Made by a program: the position numbers and the translations under genes | Assembly: GCA_963787835.1 (NCBI GenBank) | Contig: CAWBEI010000002.1 | Location: 1,376,001 to 1,440,000 of the forward strand | Length of the DNA stretch: 64,000 nucleotides | Direction: 5' to 3' | Source: Ignavibacteriota bacterium | GTDB taxonomy: Bacteria > Bacteroidota > Ignavibacteria > Palsa-1295 | Shown here: one piece after another, positions 35,408 through 46,700 of the stretch | Position numbering within the stretch: the first letter of the stretch is position 1 | How the letters are laid out: each line of letters starts with the position of its first letter | Notes under the pieces: generated by a model | What the model saw: only the letters and a program-made list of their open reading frames with translations | Database searches by the model: none | What the model was told of the DNA's origin: nothing

Positions 35408-35427
35408 TTCCCTCGGAAACAGGTGCC
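35408..35427 (+). repeat. 20-bp dispersed site, copy 3 (TTCCCTCGGAAACAGGTGCC)
   Basis: 17/20 identical to 5443-5462; same position relative to the paralogous gene. Confidence 0.8.
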
Positions 35428-35539
35428 ATTTCTTTTTCTTGCGAGTTCCCGATGAACCCTCGTTTCCGAGCTGTTTTCGCCATTCGTTCTATATGAAAAT
35501 CAAAATCCATTTTCTCAAAGGACTGGTTCATAATGAAAG

Positions 35540-36325
35540 CTATAATAATTCGTTCATCTCTACCTCCATAAGCCTCTTGACCCACGACCGGTGTTCCCAA
35601 TCCTCCGTGATGTGCCAGATCGACCGTGCATACGCCGAGAGCATCCCAAGTGCTCCGCGGCCGCCGCTGTAAGGCAAGATCGGACGAAGCTCGTGCGAGA
35701 ACACAAATACCGATAATCCCAGGCGGTGCCTAAGGTCCAGCAGCGAACCCGCAAGCTGTTTTTTCTGAAGGTCGGAATACGCAGCGAACTCCAGCGAGTT
35801 CACCAGCACGATGCTCGCGTTATTTCGGACGATCTCCAGTTCCAGAGATTCCGGCGTCAGCGTCGAGCTCGGGCAATCGACGATGCTAAGGTTTTCCGGC
35901 GAGGGAAGATCGACGGAATCGTCGAAATGCTCTTTGGTAACCTTCGGAAGGTATCGCTCGAACGACGTCGGCGATTTCATGCCAAGGTAATAGAGTGCGC
36001 GCGCAAAACCTGCCGTCATAAGGTCCGCGCTGGCGTAGGTATTGAAGAGCACCACGTTCCGGTCCGGATATTTTTGTGCCAGGAACAGCGCGACCGTTCC
36101 CGCGATCTCCGCCGAACGCTGGATGGATCGGCCCAGCACCAGCGTAACCTCGCCCGAATAAGCGTGGTACTGCTGCATATCTCGGTTATATGTAATAAGC
36201 CGTTCCGGCTTATGCTCTGCCTTCGCGATCGCCGCTTCGAAAACTTGCATAAGCCGCAGCGGCAGTGGCCGATGACCAACAGTTGCTGCATCTGATCCGA
36301 TTGTGGTAGCTGGTTCGAGTATCAT
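35540..36325 (-). CDS. RecA/DnaB (AAA_25)-fold protein with degenerate Walker A, paralog 2
   Basis: Shares FLA.KYP.RNV, NTYA, DCP.ST, VNS.EF, GLS..VFS.E.R and RG..G.LSA with 5574-6383. Confidence 0.6.
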   Translation of the reverse strand: MILEPATTIGSDAATVGHRPLPLRLMQVFEAAIAKAEHKPERLITYNRDMQQYHAYSGEVTLVLGRSIQRSAEIAGTVALFLAQKYPDRNVVLFNTYASADLMTAGFARALYYLGMKSPTSFERYLPKVTKEHFDDSVDLPSPENLSIVDCPSSTLTPESLELEIVRNNASIVLVNSLEFAAYSDLQKKQLAGSLLDLRHRLGLSVFVFSHELRPILPYSGGRGALGMLSAYARSIWHITEDWEHRSWVKRLMEVEMNELL

Positions 36326-36344
36326 GGTGTTGTCCTATCTAAAA

Positions 36345-36436
36345 ATGTGTTAAAAAATAGTGCTTTTTACCGCACCTAGCACATAAAAGCACCATATAAC
36401 TCAAAACGTTCGCACAAATATCAAAAATATCAAAAT
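36345..36436 (-). promoter_or_regulatory. conserved upstream/leader element with hairpin plus U-tract, copy 2
   Basis: Minus strand TGGTGCTTTTATGTGC-TAG-GTGCGGTAAAAAGCACTA-TTTTTT; remainder near-identical to copy 1. Confidence 0.75.
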
Positions 36437-36456
36437 TTCTTTGGGAAATAGGTGCC
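36437..36456 (+). repeat. 20-bp dispersed site, copy 4 (TTCTTTGGGAAATAGGTGCC)
   Basis: Direct repeat of 35408-35427, 1029 bp away. Confidence 0.8.
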
Positions 36457-36515
36457 CATGGGGAAAATTGGGCAGGGACACAAACCATGCGACGGGAAGC
36501 ATACAAAAGCAGGCT

Positions 36516-37382
36516 TCAAACAACCACCGGTGAATTAAGAAGCTTCATCGATCGTGAATATTGCAATTTATCAGAAAAAATTAGCACTTCTTTACCAATC
36601 CTATTAGATGCACACTGAGACAGATTATGCGCAACTGTTTTGTATTCAGAATATAAGTTTAGGATAAATGGCTGATTGTCATAAGAGACGAGCCATCGTT
36701 TTTTGAGCTTTGACACATGCCTGGATAACGCTTTGTGGTCCTTTTCAGTATAGAAGTTCATATATAGATCTGCACCCTTGCAAAAATACGGAGGATCGAG
36801 GAAAATCAGAATTTGTTCATTCATCTTATCTAAGCGCCTCAAAAAATCAATACCATCATTATCCGAAAGCACGATTCGATCTTTAAGATTCGCAATTTTT
36901 TGGATGCGATGAATAAGGTCTTGTTTATTAAACCGTGCATCGATCTTGTAGCTCCCGTGCTGATCGAGGCCTCCAATAATTCCACCCTTAATAATTCCCG
37001 AAACGTTCGTGCGATTTAGAAAAAAAAATGCCTGTGCTACTTCGAATTCGGATGCGCTTTCATTGTAGATTAGCTCCTTGTAGTATTTCCATCGCTTCAC
37101 GTCAACTTTAACATTTTTAATCCATTTACAAAAATCATCCGGCTCGCTAAGGATGCTCTTCCAAAAAGAATGCACGGATCTGTCGATGTCGTTGAGATAA
37201 ATTTTTTCAACGTAACCCTCGAACAATAGCCTCAGAGCTAAACCAGAACCACCTGCGTATGGCTCAGCGTAGCTCAGGCCAATCAGATCGTTTTCATAAA
37301 ACAATTTAGCCACAAAAGGGAAAATGCATCCCTTCCCGCCCGGATATCGCAAAGGCGAATAAATATGCCTATTGTTTGCCAT
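36516..37382 (-). CDS. DNA adenine methyltransferase (Dam/D12 class)
   Basis: SPLRYPGGK, EPYAGG, FFLNRT, FLDPPY, SYD. Confidence 0.92.
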   Translation of the reverse strand: MANNRHIYSPLRYPGGKGCIFPFVAKLFYENDLIGLSYAEPYAGGSGLALRLLFEGYVEKIYLNDIDRSVHSFWKSILSEPDDFCKWIKNVKVDVKRWKYYKELIYNESASEFEVAQAFFFLNRTNVSGIIKGGIIGGLDQHGSYKIDARFNKQDLIHRIQKIANLKDRIVLSDNDGIDFLRRLDKMNEQILIFLDPPYFCKGADLYMNFYTEKDHKALSRHVSKLKKRWLVSYDNQPFILNLYSEYKTVAHNLSQCASNRIGKEVLIFSDKLQYSRSMKLLNSPVVV

Positions 37383-38618
37383 GACTTATCGTCAGCATTT
37401 CACCAAGGATGATCGAAATTGCAAGTGTTTGTTGAATGTTCCTAGATGTCGAGTAACTATGTGCTCCTATATGAAGTAAGCGCACCAAACTCGAATCACT
37501 AACAATTTGAGTGGATAAAAATGTCCTATCTTCTTTGGATAATTCAGATTTTCCTTCACTGAAATACTTTTTTACATAGGCATCGATTCCTTCGCTACCG
37601 GCCGCTACTTCAGAGAGTAGCCGAAGCGACATTCTAATTAGGCCAGGAAATGCTGGTGAGAAATTCTTCTTTGGGGCATTTATGTCAGCTTCATAGTAAC
37701 TGTATAATTTTGTGATATCACAATATAAATCGTTGATATCGCCGTACTTCAATTGCAATTTTTTACCAAAGAAAATACGGCCGCTTTCTTTTGTTCGTTT
37801 CGTTAGTCGTAAACTGGCTTTCATTTGCTCATCTTTTTTTTGTTTGAAAAATAGATTAGCAAGTTTTGGTTTTTTACTTTTATTTTCTTCAATAATTCTT
37901 TTTGATTCCGGTTCTAAGACAGCTAAAATATCACCTCTCTTTTCTCTTGTCGAAATCTCCTCATCTTCAATTTTCTTTGAAAGATCACTGAGTATAGTCT
38001 TCGCTTGGAGGCTATTATGTACTGTAAGCAGCTTATCTCCCTCAACGCTGAATCCAATCTTGGCCAGGTTCTCCTTTTAAATATTTCGTCTTTGACGAAT
38101 CCTTTATTAAGGTGTTTATTAGCGCCAATTAAGCCCGTACTCTCCTCAATTAAAAGAAAAGGGCTTTTGGGATGACCCATGAATTTATGAAGGAACATAT
38201 CGCGCTCTAAGGGATCCCAAGAGCCCGTTCCAGCATGTTTACGATAAACATTCTCCAATGCAATTTCTTTGACGCAAACATTGCATGGAATATCTGCGGG
38301 AAAAAAGTCAGGAATGAGTCCTGGATTAAAACCGCTCGCTTTTACTAAACCATGCTTAATTTTTCCTAAAATAACACGTCGGTTGCCGTCATAGACAATC
38401 GGCTTTCCGGTGTGATAGACAACTGTTGGCAATTCGCTGAAATCGTAGCGCTTTCCCATAGCGCGTGCGAGCTTAGAGATGTTCCACTTCGTTGCCTCTG
38501 CTCCCAAAGCTCTGTCCACGATATCTTGGTCACTTGCGTTGACATCAATCGGGTCACGCGGATTTTCAGTCCACAGAACCAAATCTTTGATTTTTATTGA
38601 TTTTACTTCTTGATCCAT
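37369..38618 (-). pseudogene. ParB/Srx-like N-domain plus helical (HEPN-like) C-domain protein, split by a 1-base frameshift near 38077
   Basis: ENPR and VYDGNRR motifs; adding one A at TTTAAAAGG joins the 38618 ORF to an open frame running into 37824-37369 (SLRLL, RLLHIGAH). Confidence 0.7.
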
Positions 38619-38687
38619 AATCGTTTGGGTTTTTCAGCCAATAATAATTTTCCTCGCCATTATCTTCAAGCACATAAGAACAACAAA

Positions 38688-39455
38688 TTAGATGTCATTC
38701 TCGATTTGTTCGTAAGTTAGTATCCTGCTTGAAAGAAGAGCCATCTCGTCCGGATGATAACCAAACATTAGCATCTTTTTGTCTCTAATAAATTTGATGA
38801 GTTTCTTCACATCATCATCATCTTCAACTATTAGGTACCTTACGTCATCTGGGTCGTAGCCCAACTTAAATTTACTTGGAATCATTTTATTATACTTCTC
38901 TTTCCAATCACCTTCAATTATTTTCGAACTGAGATGCGACAACTGATAAAGTGAGTCTGGGAACTCTGGGACATATCTCCATTCTCTTTCATCGGCGAAT
39001 AGGTAATTATTTTGAATTAATTTCCCTTTACGCATCAACTTGCCCTGATAATGTTTTAAAAAAGACTGAAGCCGAAAGAACTTTTTGTATTCTTCATAAT
39101 CGTCCATATTAGTACTAAGGTTCGTTCTGAAAGAATGTGTCTCAAGACCGTCGAGGTAATCAGGAATTAACCTATTCTTCTCATTAATGTAAAAAACGGG
39201 GTGCAATCCTTTTTCTGTGGCCCAACTTTTTCTTAATCCAATCCCATAATGACCATAGTTATCCATGTGCTTTTCTAGCTCTGAAACTCTGAGATCACAA
39301 AATGAAACCATCGGCACAGCAAACTCATTGTCATTCCTGCCCGATCTCCTAATTGTTTCCTTAGCATAAGACGGTTTGAACCCCTCTGTCAAAATTTTCT
39401 TCAGGCTCCCAAATTTGCGTGTAAAGTGAAATACGATGCTGGGGTAGAGTGCCAT
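38688..39455 (-). CDS. AbiGi-family abortive-infection protein
   Basis: FHFT, VPMVSFCDL, H...YG.YGIGL.K.W, EREWRY motifs. Confidence 0.85.
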   Translation of the reverse strand: MALYPSIVFHFTRKFGSLKKILTEGFKPSYAKETIRRSGRNDNEFAVPMVSFCDLRVSELEKHMDNYGHYGIGLRKSWATEKGLHPVFYINEKNRLIPDYLDGLETHSFRTNLSTNMDDYEEYKKFFRLQSFLKHYQGKLMRKGKLIQNNYLFADEREWRYVPEFPDSLYQLSHLSSKIIEGDWKEKYNKMIPSKFKLGYDPDDVRYLIVEDDDDVKKLIKFIRDKKMLMFGYHPDEMALLSSRILTYEQIENDI

Positions 39456-39538
39456 TTTCTGGTAACTTTATTTTGTATTAGTCTTCGAATCACAGCTACA
39501 GGGTGTCGAAACCTTATGGGGTATTGCTTCGAAATTCT

Positions 39539-39621
39539 GCTAACACCCTGTGCACCTATTGTGGGTTCCGTGCAACCCTAAATGGCGCTTGTTTATGAAT
39601 CCTCCTGCTGTGGCCGCCCGC
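39539..39621. repeat. 83-bp island-boundary element, copy 2
   Basis: About 82% identical to 8675-8756 by manual alignment. Confidence 0.85.
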
Positions 39622-39628
39622 GTTTCTT

Positions 39629-39849
39629 AGCTCCGTAGGAGCGTAATATTTGTAGCCCCCGGTTTCAACCGGGGGTTAAGAAACGCAAATCGAATTAAAG
39701 CTCCGTAGAGCCTGTCCTGAGCCTGTCGAAGGAAGCGGCATATTTTTCATCAGAGCATATTTCGCTCCTAACGGAGCTTGATATGCGTTGTTGTCACCAT
39801 ACCGTGGGTTGAAACCCACGGCTACAAATATTACGCTCCTAACGGAGCT
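39629..39849. repeat. compound REP-like element (AGCTCCGTAGGAGCG arms) containing the 24-bp micro-element at 39708-39731
   Basis: Terminal IRs AGCTCCGT(T)AGGAGCGTAATATTTGTAGCC plus internal hairpins. Confidence 0.85.
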
Positions 39850-39932
39850 TCCATCCAAGGTAGCTAAAATCGGTTCAAAATCGTCATTTCTTTAAATTCC
39901 TATAAAATTATGGTCAAAAAGCAGTGACCAGG

Positions 39933-39959
39933 TGTAACCTTTTGGCTTTTCGCGGGTCT
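39933..39959 (+). promoter_or_regulatory. candidate ECF autoregulatory promoter (TGTAAC-N16-GGTC)
   Basis: AAC/GTC ECF-type pattern ending 10 bp before the sigma-factor ATG. Confidence 0.6.
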
Positions 39960-39968
39960 TCCTTATAG

Positions 39969-40685
39969 ATGCACAGAGCTTCAAGGATAGGTTATGGCGT
40001 TTCCGAGGTTGGCAGAGCGAAAAGCGTTCCTGCCGCCGGTTCGCCGTTGCCCGGTGCATACTCAGATGAAGCGCCTCTCTCGGCGAATTCAAAATCGGAT
40101 CCGGATGAGGTCAAGAAGCAGGCATTCCTTGCAGGAAGCGATGAGGCGTTCCTCGAACTGTATGCAAAGTACGAGCACTCGCTATTCTACTACTGCAAGC
40201 GCATGATGCATAACGAGGCCGCCGCTGAGGATGCATTTCAGGAGATCTGGACTCGTATCTTCGAGCTTCGCAAGAAGAAGAATGGTACGATCACGCATTT
40301 CCGCGGCTTGCTTTTTCATAGCGCCCGGAATCTCTGCCTGAACAACCTGCACACCGAACTCCACGAGGATAGCATCGAGGATAAAATGTTCGAAGGTGAG
40401 GAACAGGCGGAGTTCGTGCTCACGGAGCCAATGACCCGCGCAGCCTCCGGCCGCGAGATCCAGGCGCTGATGGTGCGGGCGCTCGCAAAGCTGCCGTTCG
40501 ATCAGCGCGAGACGTTCGTGCTGCATGAGTATTCCGGCTTCACCTTCGGCGAGATCGCAGAAATGATGTCGGTACCGGAAGCGAATGTGAAGGTTCGCGC
40601 ACATCGCGCACGCGCACGTTTACGAAAGTTTATTCAAGGTTGGCTCGGCCTCGGTGAGGACGACGATCCGTCAAATTATATTTAG
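39969..40685 (+). CDS. ECF RNA polymerase sigma factor
   Basis: AEDAFQEIW, ARNLCLN, ALAKLP..QRE.F, EIAE, VKVRAHRAR. Confidence 0.92.
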   Translation: MHRASRIGYGVSEVGRAKSVPAAGSPLPGAYSDEAPLSANSKSDPDEVKKQAFLAGSDEAFLELYAKYEHSLFYYCKRMMHNEAAAEDAFQEIWTRIFELRKKKNGTITHFRGLLFHSARNLCLNNLHTELHEDSIEDKMFEGEEQAEFVLTEPMTRAASGREIQALMVRALAKLPFDQRETFVLHEYSGFTFGEIAEMMSVPEANVKVRAHRARARLRKFIQGWLGLGEDDDPSNYI

Positions 40686-40705
40686 CAGTTTGCCCACTAA
40701 CATTA

Positions 40706-41464
40706 ATGATTATGGTCACGAAACAGGAAGAACAGTTGAATCGGTATTTCGAGCATACGATGTCCTCATCGGAGGAGCAGAATTTTCTCATTACCGTCGC
40801 CGCCAGCGATGAAATGCGCATCGCGTTCAGGTCACAGCTCGAGCTCATGAAAGCCGTCCGGTCAGATAAGGATGCGCTGCACGCAGGGATGAGTGGTCAT
40901 CCTGTTGCGCACGTCCGCTACCGGACCCTCGCTGCGTTGGGACTCTCGGCCACCGCCGCGATGCCGCTCATGGATCAAGAGCTGGAACGCGAACCTGCCG
41001 TGCAAGCAGGAGCATCGTCGTCGATGCTAACATCGCAGGCGGCGGCGGTGGGATCGGGCTTATCCTGGCTCGGCAACATCCTCCGCGCGCCAAAGTTAGC
41101 TCTCACGGCCGGGCTTGCGCTCGGTATTCTCTCGACGACAGCGGTCGTACGGCTCACTTCGAATGAAGCCTCGCCAGTTCCGGTAGTTCAAAATGTTACG
41201 ACGACCCCATCGGTTGTTCCCATGAAAACTGCTACGAACGTCCCGCCGGAAACAATACCTGCCCCAAATGGCTTGAATAATAGCAGCCATTCCGAACGGA
41301 CGGCTGTGCATCATGCTAATACTTCTTCGGTAGGAATTTCGACACTGCCGGCATCAACAAATGCCGCTCAGAACGACATTCCTGAAGTTTCGAAGAGTAA
41401 TGTTGGCTCGATGCATACCAAGACACGTATTAATCGACAAAACGATTCGGCGGCAGCGAAATAA
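40706..41464 (+). CDS. putative membrane anti-sigma factor
   Basis: Follows ECF gene; helical N-domain, single TM, low-complexity C-terminus. Confidence 0.6.
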   Translation: MIMVTKQEEQLNRYFEHTMSSSEEQNFLITVAASDEMRIAFRSQLELMKAVRSDKDALHAGMSGHPVAHVRYRTLAALGLSATAAMPLMDQELEREPAVQAGASSSMLTSQAAAVGSGLSWLGNILRAPKLALTAGLALGILSTTAVVRLTSNEASPVPVVQNVTTTPSVVPMKTATNVPPETIPAPNGLNNSSHSERTAVHHANTSSVGISTLPASTNAAQNDIPEVSKSNVGSMHTKTRINRQNDSAAAK

Positions 41465-41642
41465 GAATTCCCACCGGGTGATCCGGTAGAAATAACCATA
41501 CGTAGATCTCTCGCGGAATTCCCGCGAGAGTTGCCCGTTGCATTCCGAATCCTGCTTCTAAGGGATGAGAAGGGTTGGGAAAAACGCAAGGATAAGCAAT
41601 TATCCGCTCTCTTGCCGCGCCTCGATATTTCGCGCGCGGGTG

Positions 41643-43718
41643 ATGTGTGCGTTCCTTTTTGCCACAGTCTGCCTTTTCTCCAAGGGAGCATGTTTTGCAC
41701 AGGATCTGCAGCCCTCGATCTTTATCGGAGCTTCGTTCCAAAATAATCTCAGTTCCGCCTCCATCGAAGCCTATGATGGATCGGTGCTATGCGGAGTCTT
41801 CACAAGCGGCGCAAAACCTGCGGTAAGCTTCGATGGCGGTGTTATGATCCCATGGAGCAAGGAGTGGTCGCTTGTCGGGGAACTCCAATATGGCAATCTC
41901 TCGACATCATTCACGACTCCCGCACAGTCCAGCAACGCCCCTCAGATTTTCAATCCTTCTGGTGGAACTTATACTTCCGTCTATCGGGATCGGTACTATG
42001 ATGCAAGCTTGGGTATGGCATCATTATCAGCGATGGTTTCGTATGGTCTGTTCTCACACGTTCGTCTATCCGCCGGACCGTTCGTGGGATTGTTCTTGCA
42101 ACACTCGTATAACGAGACCGAGTCATTGGTTTCTCCAACACCTACGAACGCAGTTTATACCAATGGCCAGCAAACACGCACGATCTCCAGCGGCGAGATC
42201 GATCCCTTCAATACCGTTCAGTTCGGTTTGAATATCGGAGCGAGTTACGAAATGCTGTTCGAGCCACATCTCGGATTGCGTCCATCGGTAAGTGCAATGA
42301 TCCCGCTTACGGCAGTACAGAGTAGTACGTCGTGGCGCGTGTTCCCTGTCGGTGGCTCGTTAGAATTGGTCTATCATCTCTCAGAACCTCCGTCACAAGA
42401 AGTTCCTCCGCAGGAACCCTCGGCTCCTGCGCCCGCAATAGTGAGCACAAGTCCAAAGCCCCCAACACCGCCAAAACGGGCCATGCTCAGCGTTTCGGTA
42501 AAGGCATTAGGCGTGGGGGACGATGGGAAGGAAGTTTCGGAGCCGGTCATTTCCATCGAGCGAACGCATGTGACCGAAGTCTATCCCATGCTGCACTACG
42601 TCTTTTTCGACGATGGTTCTTCGGTGATACCCGAACGCTATCATCGCGAGACGGCCGCAACGCGAGGTGAATTCCACGAAAAGGATCTGTTCACAGCCAA
42701 TGCTCTTGAAATTCATCATCATGTATTGGATATTCTTGGCGAGCGCCTTTCGAACAATCCGGATGCGAGCATAACGCTCGTCGGCACACGAAGCGAGCAT
42801 TCCCCGGATGATTCCTTGCTGTGGAGCGTGATCTCGATGAACCGTGCAAAAAGCGTTCAGGATTATCTGGCTAACGTGTGGGGCATCTCTCGAGATCGGA
42901 TCCGTTTGCGCGACCGTGCATTGCCGGATGCGGCTTCGGACGACCATAATCCGTTCGGGCAAGCCGAGAACCGGAGGGTTGAAATAATTCCATCATCACC
43001 GGAGATCACCGCGCCGCTCTGGACCGAACGTATCGAGCGTGTTGCTACGCCACCCCGTATCGATTTCGAGCCGGAGATCACCGCAAGTTCCGGCATTCGC
43101 ACCGCGACGATCACCGTGTATCAGCATGGCCGTATCCTGAGAACGATCGATGCGCTTACCGATAGTTCCGGAAGCGATTATCTCTGGACGATCGACGACC
43201 GCTCCATGCCAGATGACGTTCCGAATGCGCAGGACTCACTCCTCTATGTTTTTTCCGCGATCGATAGCTCGGGCGATACCGCGCAAGCTTCTGGCGTGAT
43301 CCGTTTGCGTAAACAGACGAGCGATGTCACGCGCCATGCCGGAGATACCGTGCTCGATAAACAACTCGAGCGGTTCAGCCTCATACTATTTGATTATAGT
43401 TCTTCGCAGCTCGATAAAAAAGAATCGGAGACCATCGTGAAGGATATGGCCTCTGCGATCAAAGATCACGCACATGTGATGCTCACCGGACATACCGATA
43501 AAACCGGTGACGATGCCTTCAACGACCGCCTTGCGAGAGACCGTGTTACACGAGCAGCCCAAATGCTGGACGCCGAATTGAAGAAGCTTGGACAGAAACC
43601 ACCCCCACTCGCGATCGAGTCTCGTGGTTCGCGTGACGATCTCTTCGATAATTCGATTCCCGAAGGGCGCGTGCTTTCGCGCACGGTTCGCGCATCGGTT
43701 GAAAATGAAATGAAGTAA
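41643..43718 (+). CDS. OmpA-family outer-membrane protein
   Basis: N-terminal barrel, Pro linker, two OmpA-like domains (RAKSV...ENRRVEI; GHTD...SRTV); start uncertain. Confidence 0.8.
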   Translation: MCAFLFATVCLFSKGACFAQDLQPSIFIGASFQNNLSSASIEAYDGSVLCGVFTSGAKPAVSFDGGVMIPWSKEWSLVGELQYGNLSTSFTTPAQSSNAPQIFNPSGGTYTSVYRDRYYDASLGMASLSAMVSYGLFSHVRLSAGPFVGLFLQHSYNETESLVSPTPTNAVYTNGQQTRTISSGEIDPFNTVQFGLNIGASYEMLFEPHLGLRPSVSAMIPLTAVQSSTSWRVFPVGGSLELVYHLSEPPSQEVPPQEPSAPAPAIVSTSPKPPTPPKRAMLSVSVKALGVGDDGKEVSEPVISIERTHVTEVYPMLHYVFFDDGSSVIPERYHRETAATRGEFHEKDLFTANALEIHHHVLDILGERLSNNPDASITLVGTRSEHSPDDSLLWSVISMNRAKSVQDYLANVWGISRDRIRLRDRALPDAASDDHNPFGQAENRRVEIIPSSPEITAPLWTERIERVATPPRIDFEPEITASSGIRTATITVYQHGRILRTIDALTDSSGSDYLWTIDDRSMPDDVPNAQDSLLYVFSAIDSSGDTAQASGVIRLRKQTSDVTRHAGDTVLDKQLERFSLILFDYSSSQLDKKESETIVKDMASAIKDHAHVMLTGHTDKTGDDAFNDRLARDRVTRAAQMLDAELKKLGQKPPPLAIESRGSRDDLFDNSIPEGRVLSRTVRASVENEMK

Positions 43719-43720
43719 CA

Positions 43721-46700
43721 GTGGCACGCATAATAAGATACGGCCCATTCGTTCGTGCGATCATATTGATCGCCGTCGGTGCATGCTGTGCACCCGCGTT
43801 GCGGGCGCAGGATTGCTCGCGAAACATGCTCACGATCAACGGCCCTAATTCTTATGTTGCAACGCCAGGTGTTGCGGCGCTCAACCTGACCAAAGGCTTT
43901 ACCATCGAGTGCTGGGCAAATGTTAGCTCCGTAACGGCTGGCGCTGCACTTGTCGATAAAGCAAGCTATGGAATTTTCCTGGAGAACGATTCGACGATCT
44001 ATGGGATGGTTCGCCACTCGACGCCGCTTGTGGATTCTGCTCCAACTATTGATTCCCCGGCAGACTGGCATCATTTTGCATTTACATTCACTCCCGGAGA
44101 CAGTATAAGATTCTATATTGACACGATGGAAGTCTCGAGTGCGCCCGCGCCCATGCCTCTTCTCGATTCCAATACGGATAGCCTGCGCATTGGAATGAGC
44201 ATATCCGGAAGCAGTTTTATAGGTTCCATCGACGAACTACGGATCTGGAACACTCCACGAACGAATGCGGCAATTGTGCAGACCCTCACGCACACAATTC
44301 CTGGCACAGATTCAGGGCTGGTACTCTATTATTCTTTTGACGATCCGGCGGGCACTACGCGCATTCATGATTTTTCCGGTCACGGGCACGATGGTTTCAT
44401 TCGCGGAACGAATGCCGAGATCGTTCCATCGAGTTCACCAATGTTGAATGCATCTCCGGGATACCAACTTGCAACGGTGGAAAAAAGTATTTCCATCGCC
44501 ACACTCCGCTGTTTTCCCTCGTTCGACACAGTGCTTCATATTAGAAATCTTGGTCCGGTGCCGATCTATGTCGATACGGTCGGCTTCCACCTTGGTATTG
44601 CTTTTTCCGTCGTTCCCAATGTTCCGTTTTGGCTCCCGGCCGATTCAAGCGTCACCGAGCCTCTGCAGTTGCATTTTGAACCCAATGCGGGCGGGGTGTT
44701 TGATGACTCCCTGTATGTGGCAAGTTCGAGCATCTGTGGTGGAAGGCTGGTGATCGGCCTGCACGCCGTCTATGATAGCGTTGGATTACTATGCTCCCCC
44801 GACACGCTTAACTTTGGGAGTTTTACACAGTGCCAACTGCCCACCACGCGAAAAATAACGCTGACGAATACCAGTGTTACCGATTCCGTGACTATTCTGG
44901 AGCTGCTTCCACCTGGCGATACGGGGTTGCATGTGTTTGCGACGTTCCCGATCCTGTTAGGGCCTGCGCAGGATACCTCACTCACGGTGGAGCTATCGAA
45001 TGGGAACCGCGGTCAACTAACGGCCGCAGTCGGGTTCCAACTCGATAAGTGCTCGCGCCAGGCAATAGTATCGATAGCAGCAATTCGCTCCCTTGCAGCA
45101 CTATCGATGCCGGACAGCATAAACTTTGGCAGCTTCCCGAGTACGGTCCAAGGCTTTTCACGCGATACCACAATCATCGTTACGAACATCGGCGATGTGC
45201 CGAATGCCATTTCGGCGATCGGCGTTGCGCCCGATAGTTTATTGGACATCCTCGATAATCGAATCGGAGTTTTTAAGTTACCAGGTGATACGCTTCAGGT
45301 GCGTGTTCGCATGCACGACACCGCCTGCGGGTTGGTGGTTGCGGGATTGAAGATTAAGAGCTATGAATGCCGCGTCGATACTGCAACTACACTTTTTCTG
45401 ACACTTACGCCGCCGCCCGTGCTTACAGCGGCTGCGGTGAACATGGGTGTTTCGTGTGCGCGGAGAGATACCACGATCGTTGTCTCCAATCCGGGCGATT
45501 ATGCTGCCCACTTGGACACAATCGTTTTTTCACAGAATTTCATTTTTAAGAATGAGGCACCCTTTCCGATGACGATTCCGGCGCACGATAGTATTCCGGT
45601 GCAAGTGCGTTTCGATCCTGTGGCCGACACGACTTTTTCGGACACCGCATATCTGGCGATGTCACCGTGTGGAACAGGGATCGCAATTTTGAAAGGTCAA
45701 TTGGGGTTCCACGGCCTTGCTTTCAATGAGCCACAACTATTATTCGGTCGCGGTTGCAAGACGGATTCCATTACCGAGCAGGATACGCTTACGAATCTTA
45801 CATCTGAAACGGTCATCTTCGGAGCCAATACCTATGCAGGGTCGCCGCGTTTTTCTGTTGTACCGCTCTCATTCCCAGTGGTTCTGCCTCCCGGCGGATC
45901 GAAGGCGATCGCGGTAACGTATGCACCGACACTTGGCGCGCTGGATACTGGGACGTTCAGTTTTCTTTCCCTCGATGGGTGTACCGCGGCATCGTTTCAC
46001 CTTCGGGGGTCGCGTGAGATCGGGCAGGCGATATGGGTAAATGATTCCGGAGAGTTTGACACCCTCTGCCCCGGAGCTTCTGTTAGCCGGACATTCATTT
46101 TGAAAGATGTTGGTTTTGATTCGATCGATGTGATGAGCGTCTCCACCAGCGGTGCCGGATTTACCGTGATGCCGCATCCGGCCACATTTGCGAATAACGG
46201 GAGCTTTACGGTAGGGTTTAGTCCAACGCATTATGGCGATCATTTTGGAATACTAACCATAGTGGTCGATAGCTGTGGTACTTCATTCTCGCTGCCACTT
46301 CATGGAATTGGTGGTCCTGAACCATCGATCGCACTGAGTGATACAGCCATCACATTCGATAGCCTGCGTGTCGGCGATTCCGCATCTTACTGCATCTCGA
46401 TCGCAAACCCAAGCTGCCAGCCGATCTCGGTTCATATTGATCTGACAGGTCCTGCTGGAACTCCCTATAAAATCAGTCAGCTTCCCAATACCAATCCGCT
46501 TGTCAATGGCGATACCGCACATCTTTGCGTACAATTCACGCCTGTGAAGCATGGAATATTCACTGCATTTATTTATATTGCTGGCGACAGCATTTCAACC
46601 AGGAAAATTGCATTGACGGGTGTCGGGCTTGCGCCGGATGTGCAATTCTCTCCATCGGTTCGGGATTTTGGATATGTTCTCACGAATAGCAGTAAAACGA

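Noticed and set aside
38065-38085. Programmed -1 frameshift at TTTAAAAG
   Set aside because: The run is not phased as X-XXY-YYZ in the upstream reading frame; a homopolymer indel is simpler.
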